64,000 nt of DNA from NCBI GenBank assembly GCA_965655095.1, contig OZ296650.1:79298001-79362000 (forward strand), read 5' to 3'. Below the pieces are notes generated by a model. It was not told where the DNA came from. It saw only the letters and a list, made by a program, of their open reading frames with translations, and searched no databases. Below, in pieces: positions 49,501-61,500 of the stretch. This DNA is from Haplodiscus bocki. Lineage: Eukaryota. How positions within the stretch are numbered: the first letter of the stretch is position 1; each line of letters begins with the position of its first letter. The position numbers and the translations under genes were made by a program.

Positions 49501-52500
49501 TACCGTCTAAGTTAGCTGTTGACAGTTCACGAATGATGCTGAGAAAAAACACTATGGATAATTTGGAGAGCACAACTTCAAGTAACTTTGGAAATCATTC
49601 CCACACTAAACCACCATCGCCAACTTATGCAGCGTTCTGATGTCCAAGCACTTTGAGTTATTTGAATATTAGCCAAGGCATCTAATCAAGAAGCAGTTCT
49701 CAAGAGATAAGTCGAACAAAAGAAGGGAAACTACTATTTACTGTGTGATCCCTTATTTTGAGAACACCACACAAATATATTTTACGCTCGAAAAGACCGC
49801 GAAGCAAAACTCGAGGGAATCTGAGAGCCACACCTGAGAGAAACAATTCAGGAACATCGCTATCAAAAAGGCATCCCTAAAGGTAATACGATCAAGACAA
49901 CTAGAGCATAATCACTGAAAGCAGCTGAATTCAAGATCGAGTTCCACCGTTTCTCTACAGCACAAAAAACAAGAAGTAAGCACAGAAAAACATGCAAATA
50001 ACCATGTATGGTGTGACTCCATTCCCAAAGAAGCGCCTGCAAACATGTTTCACAGTCTATCATAACTGATGACAAATCTCGATGACGCTGATGTAAAAAA
50101 AACTATGGTCAATTTGGGAAAGGCAACTTCAGGTAACTTTAAAAATCAATTCTCGCAGTCAACCAAAAACAACTCAAACTTATGCAGCGTTCCGAGGTCC
50201 AAGCACCTCAAATCATTGAGATAATAGCCCCGGCATCTACGCAAGAAGCAGTATTCAAGAGGTAAGTCGAAGAGAATGCGAACTACTATACACTGTGTGG
50301 TCGCTCAACAAAAAACATCACATAAATGAGTTTCGCACTTAAAAAACTCGAAGCAGACCTCTAGGTGCCCCGCAAGCAACACCTTTCAGAAAAATTTCGG
50401 AAACGTCGCTTTCAGAAAACTGTCAATCCAAGCGGTAATACCAACACAACAACTAGAGCTAAAGCAATTGGAAACAGCTGAATTCGGATCCAAGTTCCGT
50501 CGTCTCTCGTGAGCACAAAACCAAAAAGTGAGCAGATAAAAAGATGCAAATAACAAATTATATTGTGACTCGATTTCTAAACAGGAGCCCACAAACATAT
50601 TTTACTAATGAAAAATCTCGTTGCACGCCGACAGAAAAAACTATTGATAACTTGGAGAGCCCAGCCTCAGGTAACTCTGTAAACCATTTCTCGTCAGACA
50701 ACCAAAAGCAAAGCCAATGAGTGAAGGGTTCTGAGGTCCAAGCACCTCAAGCTACTGGAATACACCTACTAAGAAGCAGTCTTCAAGAGATATGTCGAAG
50801 AAAAGAAGTGAAATTACTATGTAGTGTAAGATCCCTTATTGAGAACACCACACAAAGATACTTTACGCACAATTAGCCCTCGAAGCAGAGCTCAAGGGAC
50901 TCTGAGAGCAACACCTTGGAGAAACATATCAGGAACGTCGCTTCCAAAAAACTCATTCGCCCCTAAAGGTTTTACGATCAAGACAACAACAAAAACATAA
51001 CCAACTGAAAGCAGCTGAAATCGGGATCCGAGTTGCATCGTCTCCCTAAAAGGTAATGATCGAGAACTGCGCAGAGAAAAGTATGCAAATAACCATGTAG
51101 GGTAACATTCCATTCTCAAAAAGGAGCCTACAAACATGTTTCACACTCTATCATAACTCATGATAAATCTCAATGGACGCTGAAGTAGAAACTATGGAAA
51201 ATTTGGGAAACGCAGCTTCAGGTAACTTTAAAAATCAATTCTCGCAGTGAACCAAAAACAACTCAAACTTATGTAGCGTTCTGAGGTCCAAGCACCTCAA
51301 GTCATTGAGATAATAGCCCCGGCATCTACGCAAAGAGGCAGTCTTCAAGAGGTAAGTCGAAGAGAAGAATGCGAACCACTATGCACTGTGCGGTCGCTTA
51401 TCAAAAAACATCACATATATGAGTTTCGCACTTAATTAGACCTCGAAGCAGACCTCTAGGTGACCCGCAAACAACACCTTTCAGAAAAATTTCGGAAACG
51501 TCGCTTTCAAAAAACTGTCAATCCAAGCGGTAATACCAACACAACAACTAGAGCTAAAGCAATTGAAAACACCTGAATTCGGATCAAAGTTCCGTCGTCT
51601 CTCGTGAGCAAAAAACCAAAAAGTAAGCACATAAAAAGATGCAAATAACAAATTATATTGTGACTCCATTTCTAAACAGGAGCCCACAAACATATTTTAC
51701 TAATGAAAAATCTCGTTGCACGCCGACAGAAAAAACTATTGATAACTTGGAGAGCCCAGCTTCAGGTAACTCTGTAAACCATTTCTCGTCAGACAACCAA
51801 AAGCAAAGCCAATGAGTGAAGGGTTCTGAGGTCCAAGCACCTCAAGCTACTGGAATACATCTACTAAGAAGCAGTCTTCAAGAGATAAGTCGAAGAAAAG
51901 AAGTGAAACTACTATGTAGTGTGTGATCCCTTATTGAGAACACCACACAAAGATACTTTACGCTCAATTAGCCCTCGAAGCAAAGCTCGAGGGACTCTGA
52001 GAGCAACACCTTAGAGAAATATATCAGGAACGTCGCTTCCAAAAAACTCATTCGCCCCTAAAGGTTTTACGATCAAGACAACAACAAAAACATAACCAAC
52101 TGAAAGCAGCTGAAATCGGGATCCGAGTTGCATCGTCTCCCTAAAAGGTAATGATCGAGAACTGCGCAGAGAAAAGTATGCAAATAACCATGTAGGGTAA
52201 CATTCCATTCTCAAAAAGGAGCCTACGAACATGTTTCACACTCTATCATAACTCATGATAAATCTCAATGGACGCTGAAGTAGAAACTATGGAAAATTTG
52301 GGAAACGCAGCTTCAGGTAACTTTAAAAATCAATTCTCGCAGTGAACCAAAAACAACTCAAACTTATGTAGCGTTCTGAGGTCCAAGCACCTCAAGTCAT
52401 TGAGATAATAGCCCCGGCATCTACGCAAAGAGGCAGTCTTCAAGAGGTAAGTCGAAGAGAAGAATGCGAACCACTATGCACTGTGCGGTCGCTTATCAAA

Positions 52501-55500
52501 AAACATCACATATATGAGTTTCGCACTTAATTAGACCTCGAAGCAGACCTCTAGGTGACCCGCAAACAACACCTTTCAGAAAAATTTCGGAAACGTCGCT
52601 TTCAAAAAACTGTCAATCCAAGCGGTAATACCAACACAACAACTAGAGCTAAAGCAATTGAAAACACCTGAATTCGGATCAAAGTTCCGTCGTCTCTCGT
52701 GAGCAAAAAACCAAAAAGTAAGCACATAAAAAGATGCAAATAACAAATTATATTGTGACTCCATTTCTAAACAGGAGCCCACAAACATATTTTACTAATG
52801 AAAAATCTCGTTGCACGCCGACAGAAAAAACTATTGATAACTTGGAGAGCCCAGCTTCAGGTAACTCTGTAAACCATTTCTCGTCAGACAACCAAAAGCA
52901 AAGCCAATGAGTGAAGGGTTCTGAGGTCCAAGCACCTCAAGCTACTGGAATACATCTACTAAGAAGCAGTCTTCAAGAGATAAGTCGAAGAAAAGAAGTG
53001 AAACTACTATGTAGTGTGTGATCCCTTATTGAGAACACCACACAAAGATACTTTACGCTCAATTAGCCCTCGAAGCAAAGCTCGAGGGACTCTGAGAGCA
53101 ACACCTTAGAGAAATATATCAGGAACGTCGCTTCCAAAAAACTCATTCGCCCCTAAAGGTTTTACGATCAAGACAACAACAAAAACATAACCAACTGAAA
53201 GCAGCTGAAATCGGGATCCGAGTTGCATCGTCTCCCTAAAAGGTAATGATCGAGAACTGCGCAGAGAAAAGTATGCAAATAACCATGTAGGGTAACATTC
53301 CATTCTCAAAAAGGAGCCTACGAACATGTTTCACACTCTATCATAACTCATGATAAATCTCAATGGACGCTGAAGTAGAAACTATGGAAAATTTGGGAAA
53401 CGCAGCTTCAGGTAACTTTAAAAATCAATTCTCGCAGTGAACCAAAAACAACTCAAACTTATGTAGCGTTCTGAGGTCCAAGCACCTCAAGTCATTGAGA
53501 TAATAGCCCCGGCATCTACGCAAAGAGGCAGTCTTCAAGAGGTAAGTCGAAGAGAAGAATGCGAACCACTATGCACTGTGCGGTCGCTTATCAAAAAACA
53601 TCACATATATGAGTTTCGCACTTAATTAGACCTCGAAGCAGACCTCTAGGTGACCCGCAAACAACACCTTTCAGAAAAATTTCGGAAACGTCGCTTTCAA
53701 AAAACTGTCAATCCAAGCGGTAATACCAACACATTAACTAGAGCTAAAGCAATTGAAAACACCAGAATTCGGATCAAAGTTCCGTCGTCTCTCGTGAGCA
53801 CAAAAACAAAAAGTAAGCAGATAAAAAGATGCAAAGAACAAATTATATTGTGACTCCATTTCTAAACAGGAGCCCACAAACATATTTTACTAATGAAAAA
53901 TCTCGTTGCACGCCGACAGAAAAAACTATTGATAACTTGGAGAGCCCAGTTTCAGGTAACTCTGTAAACCATTTCTCGTCAGACAATCAAAAGCAAAGCC
54001 AATGAGTGAAGGGTTCTGAGGTCCAAGCACCTCAAGCTACTGGAATACATCTACTAAGAAGCAGTCTTCAAGAGATATGTCGAAGAAAAGAAGTGAAATT
54101 ACTATGTAGTGTAAGATCCCTTATTGAGAACACCACACAAAGATACTTTACGCACAATTAGCCCTCGAAGCAGAGCTCAAGGGACTCTGAGAGCAACACC
54201 TTGGAGAAACATATCAGGAACGTCGCTTCCAAAAAACTCATTCGCCCCTAAAGGTTTTACGATCAAGACAACAACAAAAACATAACCAACTGAAAGCAGC
54301 TGAAATCGGGATCCGAGTTGCATCGTCTCCCTAAAAGTTAATGATCGAGAACTGCGCAGAGAAAAGTATGCAAATAACCATGTAGGGTAACATTCCATTC
54401 TCAAAAAGGAGCCTACAAACATGTTTCACACTCTATCATAACTCATGATAAATCTCAATGGACGCTGAAGTAGAAACTATGGAAAATTTGGGAAACGCAG
54501 CTTCAGGTAACTTTAAAAATCAATTCTCGCAGTGAACCAAAAACAACTCAAACTTATGTAGCGTTCTGAGGTCCAAGCACCTCAAGTCATTGAGATAATA
54601 GCCCCGGCATCTACGCAAAGAGGCAGTCTTCAAGAGGTAAGTCGAAGAGAAGAATGCGAACCACTATGCACTGTGCGGTCGCTTATCAAAAAACATCACA
54701 TATATGAGTTTCGCACTTAATTAGACCTCGAAGCAGACCTCTAGGTGACCCGCAAACAACACCTTTCAGAAAAATTTCGGAAACGTCGCTTTCAAAAAAC
54801 TGTCAATCCAAGCGGTAATACCAACACAACAACTAGAGCTAAAGCAATTGAAAACACCTGAATTCGGATCAAAGTTCCGTCGTCTCTCGTGAGCAAAAAA
54901 CCAAAAAGTAAGCACATAAAAAGATGCAAATAACAAATTATATTGTGACTCCATTTCTAAACAGGAGCCCACAAACATATTTTACTAATGAAAAATCTCG
55001 TTGCACGCCGACAGAAAAAACTATTGATAACTTGGAGAGCCCAGCTTCAGGTAACTCTGTAAACCATTTCTCGTCAGACAACCAAAAGCAAAGCCAATAA
55101 GTGAAGGGTTCTGAGGTCCAAGCACCTCAAGCTACTGGAATACATCTACTAAGAAGCAGTCTTCAAGAGATAAGTCGAAGAAAAGAAGTGAAACTACTAT
55201 GTAGTGTGTGATCCCTTATTGAGAACACCACACAAAGATACTTTACGCTCAATTAGCCCTCGAAGCAAAGCTCGAGGGACTCTGAGAGCAACACCTTAGA
55301 GAAATATATCAGGAACGTCGCTTCCAAAAAACTCATTCGCCCCTAAAGGTTTTACGATCAAGACAACAACAAAAACATAACCAACTGAAAGCAGCTGAAA
55401 TCGGGATCCGAGTTGCATCGTCTCCCTAAAAGGTAATGATCGAGAACTGCGCAGAGAAAAGTATGCAAATAACCATGTAGGGTAACATTCCATTCTCAAA

Positions 55501-58500
55501 AAGGAGCCTACAAACATGTTTCACACTCTATCATAACTCATGATAAATCTCAATGGACGCTGAAGTAGAAACTATGGAAAATTTGGGAAACGCAGCTTCA
55601 GGTAACTTTAAAAATCAATTCTCGCAGTGAACCAAAAACAACTCAAACTTATGTAGCGTTCTGAGGTCCAAGCACCTCAAGTCATTGAGATAAAAGCCCC
55701 GGCATCTACGCAAAGAGGCAGTCTTCAAGAGGTAAGTCGAAGAGAAGAATGCGAACCACTATGCACTGTGCGGTCGCTTATCAAAAAACATCACGTAAAT
55801 TAGCTTCGCACTTAATTAGACCTCGAAGCAGACCTCTAGGTGACCCGCAAACAACACCTTTCAGAAAAATTTCGGAAACGTCGCTTTCAAAAAACTGTCA
55901 ATCCAAGCGGTAATACCAACACATTAACTAGAGCTAAAGCAATTGAAAACACCAGAATTCGGATCAAAGTTCCGTCGTCTCTCGTGAGCACAAAAACAAA
56001 AAGTAAGCAGATAAAAAGATGCAAATAACAAATTATATTGAGACTCCATTTCTAAACAGGAGCCCACAAACATATTTTACTAATGAAAAATCTCGTTGCA
56101 CGCCGACAGAAAAAACTATTGATAACTTGGAGAGCCCAGCTTCAGGTAACTCTGTAAACCATTTCTCGTCAGACAACCAAAAGCAAAGCCAATGAGTGAA
56201 GGGTTCTGAGGTCCAAGCACCTCAAGGTACTGGAATACATCTACTAGGAAGCATTCTTCAAGAGATAAGTCGAAGAAAAGAAGTGAAATTACTATGTAAT
56301 GTGTGATCCCTTATTGAGAACACCACACAAAGATACTTTACGCTCAATTAGCCCTCGAAGCAAAGCTCGAGGGACTCTGAGAGCAACACCTTAGAGAAAT
56401 ATATCAGGAATGTCGCTTCCAAAAAACTCATTCGCCCCTAAAGGTTTTACGATCAAGACAATAACAAAAACATAACCAACTGAAAGCAGCTGAAATCGGG
56501 ATCCGAGTTGCATCGTCTCCCTAAAAGGTAATGATCGAGAACTGCACAGACAAAAGTATGCAAATAACCATGTATGGTATGATTCCATTCTCAAAAAGGA
56601 GCCTACAAACATGTTTCACACTCTATCATACCTCATGATAAATCTCAACGGACACGCTGAGATAGAAGAAACTATGGACAATTTGGGAAACGCAGCTTCA
56701 GGTAACTTTAAAAATCAATACTTGCAGTGAACCAAAAACAACTCAAACTTTTGCAGCGTTCTGAGGTTCAAGCACCTCAAGTGATTGAGATAATAGCCCC
56801 GGCATCTACGCAAGAAGCAGTCTTCAAGAGGTAAGTCGAAGAGAAGAATGCGAACCACTATGCACTGTGTGGTCGCTTATCAAAAAACATCACATAAATG
56901 AGTTTCGCACTTATTTAGACCTCGAAGCAGACCTCTAGGTGCCCCGCAAGCAACACCTTTCAGAAACATTTCGGAAACGTCGCTTTCAAAAAACTGTCAA
57001 TCCAAGCGGTAATACCAACACAACAACTAGAGCTAAAGCAATTGAAAACACCTGAATTCGGATCAAAGTTCCGTCGTCTCTCGTGAGCAAAAAACCAAAA
57101 AGTAAGCACATAAAAAGATGCAAATAACAAATTATATTGTGACTCCATTTCTAAACAGGAGCCCACAAACATATTTTACTAATGAAAAATCTCGTTGCAC
57201 GCCGACAGAAAAAACTATTGATAACTTGGAGAGCCCAGCTTCAGGTAACTCTGTAAACCATTTCTCGTCAGACAACCAAAAGCAAAGCCAATGAGTGAAG
57301 GGTTCTGAGGTCCAAGCACCTCAAGGTACTGGAATACATCTACTAGGAAGCATTCTTCAAGAGATAAGTCGAAGAAAAGAAGTGAAATTACTATGTAATG
57401 TGTGATCCCTTATTGAGAACACCACACAAAGATACTTTACGCTCAATTAGCCCTCGAAGCAAAGCTCGAGGGACTCTGAGAGCAACACCTTAGAGAAATA
57501 TATCAGGAACGTCGCTTCCAAAAAACTCATTCGCCCCTAAAGGTTTTACGATCAAGACAACAACAAAAACATAACCAACTGAAAGCAGCTGAAATCGGGA
57601 TCCGAGTTGCATCGTCTCCCTAAAAGGTAATGATCGAGAACTGCGCAGAGAAAAGTATGCAAATAACCATGTAGGGTAACATTCCATTCTCAAAAAGGAG
57701 CCTACAAACATGTTTCACACTCTATCATAACTCATGATAAATCTCAATGGACGCTGAAGTAGAAACTATGGAAAATTTGGGAAACGCAGCTTCAGGTAAC
57801 TTTAAAAATCAATTCTCGCAGTGAACCAAAAACAACTCAAACTTATGTAGCGTTCTGAGGTCCAAGCACCTCAAGTCATTGAGATAAAAGCCCCGGCATC
57901 TACGCAAAGAGGCAGTCTTCAAGAGGTAAGTCGAAGAGAAGAATGCGAACCACTATGCACTGTGCGGTCGCTTATCAAAAAACATCACATAAATTAGCTT
58001 CGCACTTAATTAGACCTCGAAGCAGACCTCTAGGTGACCCGCAAACAACACCTTTCAGAAAAATTTCGGAAACGTCGCTTTCAAAAAACTGTCAATCCAA
58101 GCGGTAATACCAACACATTAACTAGAGCTAAAGCAATTGAAAACACCAGAATTCGGATCAAAGTTCCGTCGTCTCTCGTGAGCACAAAAACAAAAAGTAA
58201 GCAGATAAAAAGATGCAAATAACAAATTATATTGAGACTCCATTTCTAAACAGGAGCCCACAAACATATTTTACTAATGAAAAATCTCGTTGCACGCCGA
58301 CAGAAAAAACTATTGATAACTTGGAGAGCCCAGCTTCAGGTAACTCTGTAAACCATTTCTCGTCAGACAACCAAAAGCAAAGCCAATGAGTGAAGGGTTC
58401 TGAGGTCCAAGCACCTCAAGGTACTGGAATACATCTACTAGGAAGCATTCTTCAAGAGATAAGTCGAAGAAAAGAAGTGAAATTACTATGTAATGTGTGA

Positions 58501-61500
58501 TCCCTTATTGAGAACACCACACAAAGATACTTTACGCTCAATTAGCCCTCGAAGCAAAGCTCGAGGGACTCTGAGAGCAACACCTTAGAGAAATATATCA
58601 GGAATGTCGCTTCCAAAAAACTCATTCGCCCCTAAAGGTTTTACGATCAAGACAATAACAAAAACATAACCAACTGAAAGCAGCTGAAATCGGGATCCGA
58701 GTTGCATCGTCTCCCTAAAAGGTAATGATCGAGAACTGCACAGACAAAAGTATGCAAATAACCACGTATGGTATGATTCCATTCTCAAAAAGGAGCCTAC
58801 AAACATGTTTCACACTCTATCATACCTCATGATAAATCTCAACGGACACGCTGAGATAGAAGAAACTATGGACAATTTGGGAAACGCAGCTTCAGGTAAC
58901 TTTAAAAATCAATACTTGCAGTGAACCAAAAACAACTCAAACTTTTGCAGCGTTCTGAGGTTCAAGCACCTCAAGTGATTGAGATAATAGCCCCGGCATC
59001 TACGCAAGAAGCAGTCTTCAAGAGGTAAGTCGAAGAGAAGAATGCGAACCACTATGCACTGTGTGGTCGCTTATCAAAAAACATCACATAAATGAGTTTC
59101 GCACTTATTTAGACCTCGAAGCAGACCTCTAGGTGCCCCGCAAGCAACACCTTTCAGAAACATTTCGGAAACGTCGCTTTCAAAAAACTGTCAATCCAAG
59201 CGGTAACACCAACACAACAACTAGAGCTAAAGCAATTGAAAACAGCTGAATTCGGATCCAAGTTCCGTCGTCTCTCGTGAGCACAAAACCAAAAAGTAAG
59301 CAGATAAAAAGATGCAAATAACAAATTATATTGTGACTCCATTTCTAAACAGGAGCCCACAAACATATTTTACTAATGAAAAATCTCGTTGCACGCCGAC
59401 AGAAAAAACTATTGATAACTTGGAGAGCCCAGCTTCAGGTAACTCTGTAAACCATTTCTCGTCAGACAACCAAAAGCAAAGCCAATGAGTGAAGGGTTCT
59501 GAGGTCCAAGCACCTCAAGGTACTGGAATACATCTACTAGGAAGCATTCTTCAAGAGATAAGTCGAAGAAAAGAAGTGAAATTACTATGTAATGTGTGAT
59601 CTCTTATTGAGAACACCACACAAAGATACTTTACGCCCAATTAGCCCTGGAAGCAAAGCTCGAGGGACTCTGAGAGCAACACCTTAGAGAAATATATCAG
59701 GAACGTCGCTTCCAAAAAACTCATTCGCCCCTAAAGGTTTTACGATCAAGACAACAACAAAAACATAACCAACTGAAAGCAGCTGAAATCGGGATCCGAG
59801 TTGCATCGTCTCCCTAAAAGGTAATGATCGAGAACTGCACAGACAAAAGTATGCAAATAACCATGTATGGTATGATTCCATTCTCAAAAAGGAGCCTACA
59901 AACATGTTTCACACTCTATCATAACTCATGATAAATCTCAACGGACACGCTGAGATAGAAGAAACTATGGACAATTTGGGAAACGCAGCTTCAGGTAACT
60001 TTAAAAATCAATTCTCGCAGTGAACCAAAAACAACTCAAACTTATGCAGCGTTCTGAGGTCCAAGCACCTCAAGTCATTGAGATAATAGCCCCGGCATCT
60101 ACGCAAGAAGCAGTCTCCAAGAGGTAAGTCGAAGAGAAGAATGCGAACCATTATGCACTGTGCGGTCGCTTATCAAAAAACATCACATAAATGAGTTTCG
60201 CACTTAATTAGACCTCGAAGCAGACCTCTAGGTGCCCCGCAAGCAACACCTTTCAGAAACATTTCGGAAACGTCGCTTTCAAAAAACTGTCAATCCAAGC
60301 GGTAATACCAACACAACAACTAGAGCTAAAGCAATTGGAAACAGCTGAATTCGGATCCAAGTTCCGTCGTCTCTCGTGAGCACAAAACCAAAAAGTGAGC
60401 AGATAAAAAGATGCAAATAACAAATTATATTGTGACTCCATTTCTAAACAGGAGCCCACAAACATATTTTACTAATGAAAAATCTCGTTGCACGCCGACA
60501 GAAAAAACTATTGACAACTTGGAGAGCCCAGCCTCAGGTAACTCTGTAAACCATTTCTCGTCAGACAACCAAAAGCAAAGCCAATGAGTGAAGGGTTCTA
60601 AGGTCCAAGCACCTCAAGCTACTGGAATACATCTACTAAGAAGCAGTCTTCAAGAGATAAGTCGAAGAGAAGAAGTGAAATTATTATGTAGTGTGTGATC
60701 CCTTATTGAGAACACCACACAAAGATACTTTACGCTCAATTAGCCCTGGAAGCAAAGCTCGAGGGACTCTGAGAGCAACACCTTAGAGAAATATATCAGG
60801 AACGTCGCTTCCAAAAAACTCATTCGCCCCTAAATGTTTTACGATCAAGACAACAACAAAAACATAACCAACTGAAAGCAGCTGAAATCGGGATCCGAGT
60901 TGCATCATCTCCCTAAAAGGTAATGATCGAGAACTGCACAGACAAAAGTATGCAAATAACCATGTATGGTATGATTCCATTCTCAAAAAGGAGCCTACAA
61001 ACATGTTTCACACTCTATCATAACTCATGATAAATCTCAACGGACACGCTGAGATAGAAGAAACTATGGACAATTTGGGAAACGCAGCTTCAGGTAACTT
61101 TAAAAATCAATTCTCGCAGTGAACCAAAAACAACTCAAACTTATGCAGCGTTCTGAGGTCCAAGCACCTCAAGTCATTGAGATAATAGCCCCGGCATCTA
61201 CGCAAGAAGCAGTCTCCAAGAGGTAAGTCGAAGAGAAGAATGCGAACCATTATGCACTGTGCGGTCGCTTATCAAAAAACATCACATAAATGAGTTTCGC
61301 ACTTATTTAGACCCCGAAGCAGACCTCTAGGTGCCCCGTAAGCAACACCTTTCAGAAACATTTCGGAAACGTCGCTTTCAAAAAACTGTCAATCCAAGCG
61401 GTAATACCAACACAACAACTAGAGCTAAAGCAATTGGAAACAGCTGAATTCGGATCAAAGTTCCGTCGTCTCTCGTGAGCAAAAAACCAAAAAGTAAGCA

